NCBI GenBank assembly: GCA_951406725.2
Contig: OX597834.1
Coordinates: forward strand, 23,064,001 to 23,128,000
Direction: 5' to 3'
From: Octopus vulgaris
Taxonomy: Eukaryota
DNA: 64,000 nt
Positions 52,991 to 62,700 of the stretch are shown here, piece by piece; the first letter of the stretch is position 1; every line of letters starts with the position of its first letter. The translations under genes and the position numbers were made by a program. The notes below the pieces were generated by a model. That model made no database searches. It saw only the letters and a program-made list of their open reading frames with translations, and had not been told where the DNA came from.

Positions 52991-53843
52991 CTCTGAGGGA
53001 TGTTATTAATGCAATTGTGTTTTAGCTTTTTGTGCTGTTATTGGGATCTTATTGCCCAGCAAGCTTTTCAAAATGGCCCACTTCCTGCCTGACGAGTGCA
53101 TCGCTCAATTCTCTGACTCCCACCATACCAGACTGTCATCTTTGTGCTGCTTTGCATTCGTCTTTCGATGACCACTACCACGTGCTCGAAGCACAGCGGG
53201 GACATATAACAGAGCAGAGCAACGTTGAAAGGAAGACGGGGAAGAAAAGAGTACCACCCGTAAAAGTACTCTGTCTCCTCATGCCCGCTGCTAACGCATC
53301 GTCCTCTCAGTCCTGCTTCTTTCTTCTTCTATGGCCACCACCACCATCAGTTGGTGTTTGCTCTGTGGGTTGGTGTGTGAGCATTTGTGCCCACCAACGG
53401 AGCGGCGGCTGACTTCTGCTGCTGTCTGACGACACACACCAGCCGCTGTGCATCCCACTTTCACGTTGCCCTCAATATTGATATTTTCCAATATGATGGT
53501 CGTATATTGACAAAAATCACTAAATTATAACAAAGTAAACAATCGATATTTCATTATCATTGTTTAACGTCCGTTTTTCCATGCTGGCATGAGGTGGACA
53601 TTACAATTATAACAACAACAAGGAACTAATTAATTGGAATACAATTTTAATTGTACACGTATAATTGTATTTACAAGGTGAATTTTAAAATCGATACAGT
53701 TAGTGTTCTGTTTGAATAAATACATATTTAGTTAAGCAACTTTTTTTCAGAGACTGAAATATAATAGACATCACAGTTCCCTACTGCAAGAATATGTCTG
53801 TGTCTCATGAACAGAGAAGTCTGAGAGAACGATTTATCAGATT

Positions 53844-54878
53844 TCACAGGGATGTAGATTCTCTCTTGTAATGAATCCGTTTGTGAGTAGTTAAGTTACA
53901 TTTTTGAGTGAACAACTTGTTACAGACATCACACTGGTATTGTTTGTCTCCTGTATGAATACGTTTATGTATGTTTAAGGAACTTTTTGCAGAGAATGAC
54001 TTACCACAGATATCACAGTGGTGTGGTTTCTCTCCTGTATGTGTAACTTTATGTTTAGTTAAGGTACAACTTAGAGAGAATGATTTACCACAGATATCAC
54101 AATGATATAACTTCTCTCCTGAATGAATAACTTTGTGTTTACTTAAGTTACCACTTAAAGAGAATGATTTACCACATATATCACAATGATATGGTTCTTC
54201 TCCTGTATGAATACGTTTGTGTCTAGTTAAATCACTACTTCCAGAGAATGATTTCCCACAGATATCACACCGATATGGCAGTTCTCCTGTATGAATGCGT
54301 CTGTGCAGATTTAAAGAACTATTTCCAGAAAATAGCTTACCACAGATATCACAGTGATATGGTTTCTCTCCTGTATGAATACGTTTGTGAGAAGTTAAAT
54401 GACTATTAATAGAGAATGATTTACCACAGATATCACAGTGATATGGTTTTTCTCCAGTGTGAATACGTCTGTGAGCAGTCAATGTACCTGTTTGGGAGAA
54501 AGACTTCTTACAAATTTCACACTGATATGGCTCTTCTCCTGTATGAATACGTTTGTGAGTTGTTAGGCTACTATTTACAGTGAATGATTTACCACAAATG
54601 TCACAGCGATATGGTTCTTCTCCTGTATGAATACGTTTATGAACACCTAAATTCCCTTTTCGAAAGAAAGATTTTTTGCATATATTACAGTTATATTTCC
54701 TCTCTCCTGTATGAATAAGTTTATGAGTAGTTAAGTTACTTTTGGTTGTGAATGATCTTTTACAGATGTCACAGTGGTGTAATGGGTTTTCTTTCTCTTT
54801 CATTTTACCATCAGGTAAATCAATATTATTTGATTGTTTTTCACATATAGCCTTGGTCTCACATAGTTCATCTTCCAT
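53844..54878 (-). CDS. G8: C2H2 zinc-finger protein, 11 fingers
   Basis: ORF starting MEDELCETK; inverted paralog of G6. Confidence 0.93.
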   Translation of the reverse strand: MEDELCETKAICEKQSNNIDLPDGKMKEKENPLHHCDICKRSFTTKSNLTTHKLIHTGERKYNCNICKKSFFRKGNLGVHKRIHTGEEPYRCDICGKSFTVNSSLTTHKRIHTGEEPYQCEICKKSFSQTGTLTAHRRIHTGEKPYHCDICGKSFSINSHLTSHKRIHTGEKPYHCDICGKLFSGNSSLNLHRRIHTGELPYRCDICGKSFSGSSDLTRHKRIHTGEEPYHCDICGKSFSLSGNLSKHKVIHSGEKLYHCDICGKSFSLSCTLTKHKVTHTGEKPHHCDICGKSFSAKSSLNIHKRIHTGDKQYQCDVCNKLFTQKCNLTTHKRIHYKRESTSL

Positions 54879-56119
54879 AATTTTACATCATTCACCACAA
54901 TATACAAATGGTTTTCTTAGTTTTATTTCACTTTTGGATTTGGTTTGCAAGATTCTTCATGTGATTTCTTGTGTTGAAGCATATTCTGTTGTGTGTGGGG
55001 AGAATCTTTCTCTTTTACTGCCTTGTAATTTAACACACTCACCAGTAAAATTTCTACTTATTTCTTTTTTACTTTTCTAAAATTTTTGTTGTTTCTTGCA
55101 ATCATTTCGATAATTAAAAAATTTTGCTTTTATATTTTATTCCTCACAAATGTTTCTTCTGTTATGTTTCTGTCAATTGTGATCTCTGTCGATATTTGAA
55201 TATGCTGCAAACTTCTTTGCAATCCAAAGTTTAATTAAAACTTGAAATCATCCTGTACATATTTCAGAGAACGAAGTAAGGAAATTTTGGAAACTTGTCT
55301 CTGTTCAGATCAAATATTTCACAGCAATTCTTGCATAGATTTATATAAACAAGTTTATATCTCTTGTGTATAAGACTTTCCTTTAGTCTTTAAAACTTTC
55401 TACTATGCCAATGTCATCTGATATTCTGAAATAAAAAGAGAACAAGATATAAAATATACAGGATATTTAAATGAAAAGTAGACCTCCAACAGTGGACATT
55501 TTATGACATTTCTCACATATATACATATCTATATTCTAATGTGGTGGTGCATTGTGCTTGTGAGTAAAACTCTTCCTTACACATTGCCCCAGGCCACTCA
55601 GCTGTAAATGGGTAGTTCTGTGACAGACAGGTGTTCCATGTTGGGCCAATGCTGTCCAGCCCACATGGAGGCATCCTTCAAAAAGTACAACAATGCAAGG
55701 AAGTGCACTGTAACCAGCGATGCCTGACAACGTCCAATTGTCTGGTTAATACAGTGAAATATCCTAATAGAGTAGATGAATGTGACTGCCTTTCCATAAC
55801 TTCCTCTTTCATGTCAGATACTTTATTTCTTGTGATGGATGTAATTTGGCTGAAGACTTTATTTTAGTTTTCATTAATCAATGGCAGCCTGCAGACCAAG
55901 TATGGCTAGAGGATGTTGTGGAGCACAATTATACACACACACACATGTATATACCTGTATTCGCATGACCAATGACCGAGACCTTCAGCAATACGCTGAA
56001 ATCATAGTTGTGGAGATACTGGTGCTACGCAACTGGCACCTGTGCCAGTGGCACATAAAAGCACTCATTGGACTCTTTTTTTTATATAATGTAGGATTAA
56101 TTAGAATATAAAATCATAT

Positions 56120-56450
56120 TTACAGCTGATATACACTCCAGCCTTTATCAGAACCTGGGTTCTCATTCCTAAGATATTTTTCGATGTTATTATTCAGGTC
56201 ACTGCCTGGAATCGAATTGTGCCATTGTTGGCGCATTATCTGATCTTGGGGTTGGTAGCCCGCGCTCTTAACCACAACGCCATATGTCCATGGCTAATTA
56301 TGGAGTGAATTTTAGGGCTTATAAATCTATAAACCTTAGTAATGAGAACCCAGGTTCGAAATTTCCCCAACACACCTGATGAAGGCTGGAAGGTATATCA
56401 GCCGAAACGTTGTGTTAACAAAAAACAAGATGAGGACAAATATTCGTCAA
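56120..56450. mobile_element. Small element with tRNA-like head (minus) between inverted hammerhead-bearing repeats, in the G8 intron
   Basis: Minus-strand ggcgttgtggttaagagcgc...ttcgattccaggc; arms 56120-56173 and 56335-56407 are reverse complements with an indel. Confidence 0.6.
56372..56416 (+). ncRNA. Minimal type I hammerhead ribozyme motif (Penelope-type)
   Basis: acac-CTGATGA-a-ggctg/cagcc stem II-GAAA-cg-TT-gtgt; palindromic AACGTT helix III; stem I acac/gtgt. Confidence 0.65.
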
Positions 56451-56710
56451 ATGTCTCCTTATTTGTGTCACTGGACATGCAAAAATTATTGAAAGTAAAA
56501 CAGGAAGTGATACGACATATTTTCTAGGAAATGGGAAGTCTATAAAACCATATATCACATATGTGACAGATAATGCGGATTAAGGCAACATCGTTACTTT
56601 GGTAAAATTTCTTCATTACTTCACTTTCCTTTATCTTTGAACACATCAAAGCAAACAAATGTAGCAGAAAGAAGACACAACCTATACAATGTATTGTTTT
56701 TATCAATAAT

Positions 56711-56900
56711 ACTTACATATTAATATAGAGCCAACGACGAAGATTTCACAATATATTCAAGTTGTCACAAGTCAGACTGGACAACGACAGCTTCAACACA
56801 ACTAAATTTTACAACAAACCTTCGTTTAAATTTTCCACATCGGCATAATAAAGAATGCTGTTGCTATTTCTTTCCAGAGTTCATTAGCAACAATCATCTA
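56711..56900 (-). other. Putative leader exon and donor of G8 (intron 55426-56716)
   Basis: Reverse-complement leader block; acttac at 56711-56716; acceptor G at 55426. Confidence 0.7.
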
Positions 56901-57192
56901 TGTTTAACTGGATCCCCTAAATGTCAGTTGTAAACTAGATCTGATCCAGTAATAACGATGTTTATCAAACAATAGAATTATTTAGCAAGTTTTAACAATT
57001 TCAACGTAATCTACTTTATATATTTTGTCTTCTAAATCCGTATTTATCAGGGGAACTGATTCCAATAACATCGCAACACAACAGGAAGCAAAATATAAAC
57101 ACAGAGAATAAAACTCGACACAGAAAAAACGAAACGCACTCACCCTGCAGATATTACGTAGCTCGTGGTTTGTTTCTTAACTCCAATACTAA

Positions 57193-57290
57193 ATACCGTG
57201 TTTCCCCGAAAATAAGACCCGGTCTTAGATTAATTTTGCGTCCCCAAAACGCACTAGGGCTTATTTCGGAGGATGTCTTATATTTTTGTG
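57193..57290 (+). mobile_element. Tc2/pogo-like DNA transposon end
   Basis: TA-CCGTGTTTCCCCGAAAATAAGAC terminus with an internal inverted cttatttcgga. Confidence 0.5.
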
Positions 57291-57964
57291 GGAAAAAAAC
57301 CAAGAAAGTCAGAAACTGTCTCATGTCCTCGTGTAGCAGGAAAAAATTGTAAAAAGGAAAATGATTTTAGTTAAAGATTAGGATCTTTTCATTTTGACCG
57401 GCAGATTTTTAAAATAATTTCTATGTAACTAAACACTTTTAAACTTCGTATACTGGTAGAATGTGTTTATAAAACATCATTTTCTCTTGGCTTTCTTGAG
57501 AAAATTCTGTAGTTTGTAACATATTTGTTGTTTAATTTCTTGCATTTTGGCAATTTCAACCAATCAATGACGTCTATTGAAGTGAAAACAATATCTGCCG
57601 AAGTCTGTCAACAATTTTTTGCGATGTCATATGAAAATGTCCCTGCTATTTATGACATATTTCATATCAGTTACGTTCGTATGAATAAAAGATTATCGTT
57701 ATTAAACTTTTATTAATAAACACATATTCTAAGTTCACAACATATGCAGTTTTAATTTTCCTCTCTGTTGCACAGATACACATATTACATATTATATATT
57801 CGTTTAAGAAACAGATTGGATTTATTCACATTTCTGAAGAAAAAAAATACCCACCCCTAACCCTAAAACAGATTGAAATGCAATAGATCGATACTAGGGT
57901 CATAATTATGGGTGGACACTAAAGAGGGAATGGTTTTGTTATCCAGCTCTGTTTACGAGTGACC

Positions 57965-58152
57965 CCGGTGGCACGTATAAAACGCCCACTACACTCCCGG
58001 AGTGGTTGGTGTTAGGAATGGCATCCAGCTGTAGAAACACTGCCAGATCAGACTGGAGTCTGGTGCAGACTCCTGGCTTCTCAGACCCCGGTCAAACCGT
58101 CCAACCCATGCTAGCACGGAAAACAGACGTTAAACGATGATGATGATGATGA
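57965..58152 (+). mobile_element. SINE-like repeat family A
   Basis: Same core and tail. Confidence 0.8.
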
Positions 58153-58971
58153 CTATGGCAAAATCAGAATGAAGTAATACTATGGCTTCACCCAGTGGGA
58201 GAACTCGTGCTTAATCAGGAAGACTTTCATTGTAGTTCATCAATGTGCTTTAAAAGCATGGAAACGATTAATGATGTACCTGGACCTCACACCTCTTTCA
58301 CACTTTCCAGGTGAGCAAGCCATATATTCCCCTTTTCAGCAAGACCTCTCCTTCAATCATAGTTTCTTATTCCTCCACTCTTATACCCTGATCAGTTGAG
58401 GAGTCTTGTGGGTACTTGGTGGGCTCACCTGTGCCAGTACACTGTTATGTGGCTGGTCTTGAGAAGGGCTTCCAACTGTAGAAGCCGAACCAAAGCAGAC
58501 ATAGAACCTGGCAGAGCCCTCTAGTTCGTCTGTTTTTGTCAAACTGTCCAACCCTTACCAGCATAGAAAAAGGGACATTAAATGATAATGATGATGATAT
58601 TCCTTGGTTTTATAAAATAACTACTTGTTAAATACTGAAATGAATTTAATATACCCTGAACTTCTCCAAAGTATGCATTCTTATATCAATTGTATAATTA
58701 TTTATACTAAGAAAGTATCAATATTGATATTTACCAATATATGGTGCACAAGCTTTAAATTGATAAAACCACTCAATTATTTCAATAAACTATCAACGTT
58801 CAGAACATTATAACAACAAAAACAAATAGGAAATGATTAATTTTAATTTTACACATACATCATTGTATTTAACACAAGCTGAATTTTAATATTGTTACAG
58901 TTGATGATCTGTTTGAATAGCTACATGTTTAGTGAAGTATCTTTTTTTCAGAGACTGATTTACAACAGCTA

Positions 58972-60510
58972 TTACAGTGGTATGGTTTCTCTCTCTCCTA
59001 TATGAATATGCTTGTGTGTAATTAAGTTACCATTTGCAGAAAATGATTTACCACATATGTCACAGTGATATGGTTTATCCCCTGAATGAACGCGTTTGTG
59101 TGTGGTTAAGTTACCTCTTAGAGAGAATGACTTTCCACAGATATCACAAGGATAAGGCTTCTCTCCTGTATGCATACGTTTGTGTATAGCCAAGTTACCA
59201 CTTTGAGAGAATGATTTACCACAAATCTCACAGGGATACGGTTTATCTCCTGTATGGATGTGTTTGTGTGTAGTTAAGTTACCACTTTGGGAGAACGATC
59301 TACCACAGATATCACAGTGATATAGCTTTTCTGCTGTCTGAAGACTTTTGTGCTTACTTAAGTGACTAGTTTCATTGAATAATTTACCATGGATATCACT
59401 GTCAAATGGGTTCTTCCCTGTATGAATACATATGTGAGCAGCTAAGGAATGTCTCTGAGAGAATGATTTATCACAGATGTCACAACGATAAGGCTTATCT
59501 CTTATATGAATATGTTTGTGTTTAATTAAGTTATTAATTGCAGAGAATGATTTACCACATATGTCACAGTGATATGGTTTCTCTCCTGAATGAATGCGTT
59601 TGTGTGTGGTTAAGTTAACACTGAGAGAGAATGATTTGCCACAGATATCACAAGGATATGGCTTCTCTCCTGTATGCGTATGTTTGTGTGTAACTAAGTT
59701 ACTACTTTGAGAGAATGATCTACCACAGATATCACAGTGATATAGCTTTCCTGCTGTCTGAAGACTTTTGTGCTTACTTAAGTGACTAGTTTCATTGAAT
59801 AATTTACCATGGATATCACTGTCAAATGGGTTCTTCCCTGTATGAATACATATGTGAGCAGCTAAGGAATGTCTCTGAGAGAATGATTTATCACAGACGT
59901 CACAACAATAAGGTTTATCTCTCATATGAATATGTTTGTGTTTAAGTAAGTTACCACTTGCAGAGAATGATTTACCACATACGTCACAGTGATATGGTTT
60001 CTCTCCTGTATGAGTGCGCTTGTGTTTAGTTAAGATCCCTTGTTGAGAGAATGATTTCCCACAGACGTCACAGAGATAAGGTTTATCTCCTGTATGAATG
60101 TATTTGTGTTTTTTTAGGACACCCTTTTCAGAGAATGATTTACCACAGATATCACAGTGGTATGGCTTCTCTCCTGTGTGAATACGCTTGTGTGTAATTA
60201 AGTGACCTACTTGAGAGAATGATTTACCACAGATATTACAGAGATATGGTTTCTCTCCTGTGTGAATTCGTTTGTGAGTATTTAAGGAACCAATAGCTGA
60301 GAATGATTTACCACAGACATCACAGTGATGTGGTTTTTCTCCTGTATGAATATCTTTGTGAGTAGTTAGGCTGTCTTTCCCAGAGAATGATTTGCCGCAT
60401 ATATTACAATGGTATATAGTTTCTTCTTTCTCTTTCTTTATATTATCAATAAAATCAATTCTTTCAGGTTGTGCTTCAACTTTAATCTTCTCACAGAATT
60501 CCTTTTCCAT
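58972..60510 (-). CDS. G9: C2H2 zinc-finger protein, 17 repeats (2 Cys-less)
   Basis: Homologous ATG (MEKEFCE) at 60510; an in-frame upstream ATG at 60537 is an alternative start; 420-bp internal duplication. Confidence 0.92.
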   Translation of the reverse strand: MEKEFCEKIKVEAQPERIDFIDNIKKEKEETIYHCNICGKSFSGKDSLTTHKDIHTGEKPHHCDVCGKSFSAIGSLNTHKRIHTGEKPYLCNICGKSFSQVGHLITHKRIHTGEKPYHCDICGKSFSEKGVLKKHKYIHTGDKPYLCDVCGKSFSQQGILTKHKRTHTGEKPYHCDVCGKSFSASGNLLKHKHIHMRDKPYCCDVCDKSFSQRHSLAAHICIHTGKNPFDSDIHGKLFNETSHLSKHKSLQTAGKLYHCDICGRSFSQSSNLVTHKHTHTGEKPYPCDICGKSFSLSVNLTTHKRIHSGEKPYHCDICGKSFSAINNLIKHKHIHIRDKPYRCDICDKSFSQRHSLAAHICIHTGKNPFDSDIHGKLFNETSHLSKHKSLQTAEKLYHCDICGRSFSQSGNLTTHKHIHTGDKPYPCEICGKSFSQSGNLAIHKRMHTGEKPYPCDICGKSFSLRGNLTTHKRVHSGDKPYHCDICGKSFSANGNLITHKHIHIGERETIPL

Positions 60511-61319
60511 CACTTTTTTTTCTCTCCCACACAACATACAGATGTTAGTCTTATTTTGATTTTTATAAGTTTATCCCTAATAAATATTTCTTCTCCTACA
60601 TCTTTATTGAGTGTGATCTTTGTCTTTATTTGAAAATACTGGAAATGTTTCTGTAATCCAAAATTAATTACAATGCAAACATCATCTTGTACCCAGTGAA
60701 TTAAGGAAACTTCATCAGTGTTCTCTATTCATAGGAAATATTTCCCAGAAATTTTACCTGAGATTGATATAAACAAGGGAGTATCTGTTCTCTCAAACAT
60801 CCATTTTTAGTCTTTATATGATGATGAATATTGAAGATGGATCTCAAGTAAAAACCATTTTTGTCCGCATAAGATATTCTGAAAAAAAAAAAAGAGAAAC
60901 AATATTAGACATAGAGGATACTTCAACTGAAGACATTCAACAGTGGACATTTTATTACATTCCTTCAATATTGATTAATTGTAGGTATAAACCTTTACCT
61001 GGACAATGGAATTCATCTAATTCAGTTATCGCTTTTCAAGACTAAAAGATGTGCGTGTGTGTGTACATAAAGTTTACAGGAAAAGTACAGTGAAATTGCC
61101 ATGGCTGGGTGGACAAACAGGCCTTCTTAAAGGTAAAGATGATCAGAGGAAAATAAAAGAAAGAGAGCAGAGTTTTATATCTTTGTCCTTCTTACATTTG
61201 TGTGTACCAACTAGAATTTCTGTAAATTTTTGAACAACTTCAGATTCTCCTAATTTCCATGTCTTCTTGACTCAGAGTTCACCTATCTCTGACTCCGGAG
61301 TCACTCACCAATAATTTGT

Positions 61320-62140
61320 GCAGTGAATTCTTTGTGGCATGTAAAACGTACCTTCTGAGCATTGGGCCTCACGGAGGCAACGTGGCTGAAGCTGGTGGCA
61401 CATAAGAAGCACCTTTCGAGTGTTGGGCCTCATGGAAGCAATGACATATGATCGTAAACATTCGGCAATATGCCAAGCTTGAGAAGACCCATGAAGCCAA
61501 GTGAAATCGTAGTTGTGGTAGATGCTGGTGTCACACAACAGGCACCTGTGCCAGTGACATGTAAAAACACTCGTTACACTCCCAGAGTGGTTGGCATTAG
61601 GAAGAGCATCCAGCCGTAGACACTGTGCCAAATCAGACTGGAGCCTGGTGCAGCCACTCAACCCTCATCAAACTGTCCAACCCATACCAGCATGGACAAT
61701 GGATGACAATGATGAAAGGATTTGGTATTCACTGTGGCCTGTCTATTATATATCCTAGTGACAATGAAAACCATCTGACTTGCATGCCCAGATGATTGGC
61801 TGGTAGGTGATGAGATGGCTGGCCAGTGTGTGTTGCAAATTGCATCAGAAAAGTCCAAGAATTTTGCACTTTCTTCATGTCTTGTACCATATTCATACCT
61901 GCTATAGATATGGCAATCATCGAGAAGTCTTCTGAAGTTATTACATAGCATTAACCATCATTATCATGTAACATCTTTTCAATCCATGCCAGCATGGGTC
62001 AAACAGTTTGGCAGGAACTGATTGCACCAAACTGCAATGTCTGCTTTTCTATGGTTCCAATAGCTGGATACTCTTCTAATGACAACCACTCTACAGTGTC
62101 TTCGGAGTGCTGTTTTAATGCCATCGACAACACTAGTGTG
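61320..62140. mobile_element. Family A copies, + (61320-61715) and - (61955-62140)
   Basis: Core motifs on opposite strands. Confidence 0.65.
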
Positions 62141-62660
62141 GTCAAGATCTCTCGATTGAGTGGCAGCAAGTATTGAGGGAGGTGAAAGTATGACAGATGG
62201 ACAGGACAAGGTGTCTGACTGAAGAAGAAATATATGGCTAACCCAGTTGGAAAGGGGAGATGGTGAGGGTGTATCCTCAAGGTACAAGGTGAACAGAAGA
62301 GAGAGAGACAGAGACAGAAAGGGTGGGTGGGTAGCTTCGTCTCTGATTAGAGATGGGGGATTATAGAAAAGAAAACATTTCTTATAAGTACACATACACA
62401 CGCACACATATATATATTCGCAAACTGAAAATGCATTTTGAAAAGTTATCAAAAATATTGTTTGAAATTTTACAGAAGGGCAGTTTATGGATGTAGTTTT
62501 GTATGTTCAACCAAATGTGTGTGACTGTGTATATATATAGATAGATATAGTAGTTAAAACTAAATAAACTTATTACTTATTCAATGATGTCATTAGACTC
62601 AGCATAGTTTTGTGCTGTGTTGAACTGTTAATCCCTACACATTTTTTTTTTGCTTCCCAA

Positions 62661-62700
62661 TCTGTTCTGTTGAAGAGCATAGGCTTGAAACGTCAAAGAC
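62661..62700 (+). ncRNA. Degenerate hammerhead motif
   Basis: CTGTTGA (A6->T)-a-gagc/gctt stem-GAAA-CGTC; core mutation predicts inactivity. Confidence 0.4.

Noticed and set aside
38467-56111. Duplicated small ORFs MFHVGPML... and MAACRPSM...
   Set aside because: They lie in the G6/G8 inverted non-coding arms and overlap SINE fragments; identity reflects the DNA duplication
57855-57868. ccctaaccctaa telomere-like repeat
   Set aside because: Only two units, within another dispersed repeat
578-60510. 84-bp periodic constant/variable pattern superficially like a CRISPR array or cassette system
   Set aside because: Fully explained by in-frame C2H2 finger repeats; eukaryotic context with no cas or recombinase genes
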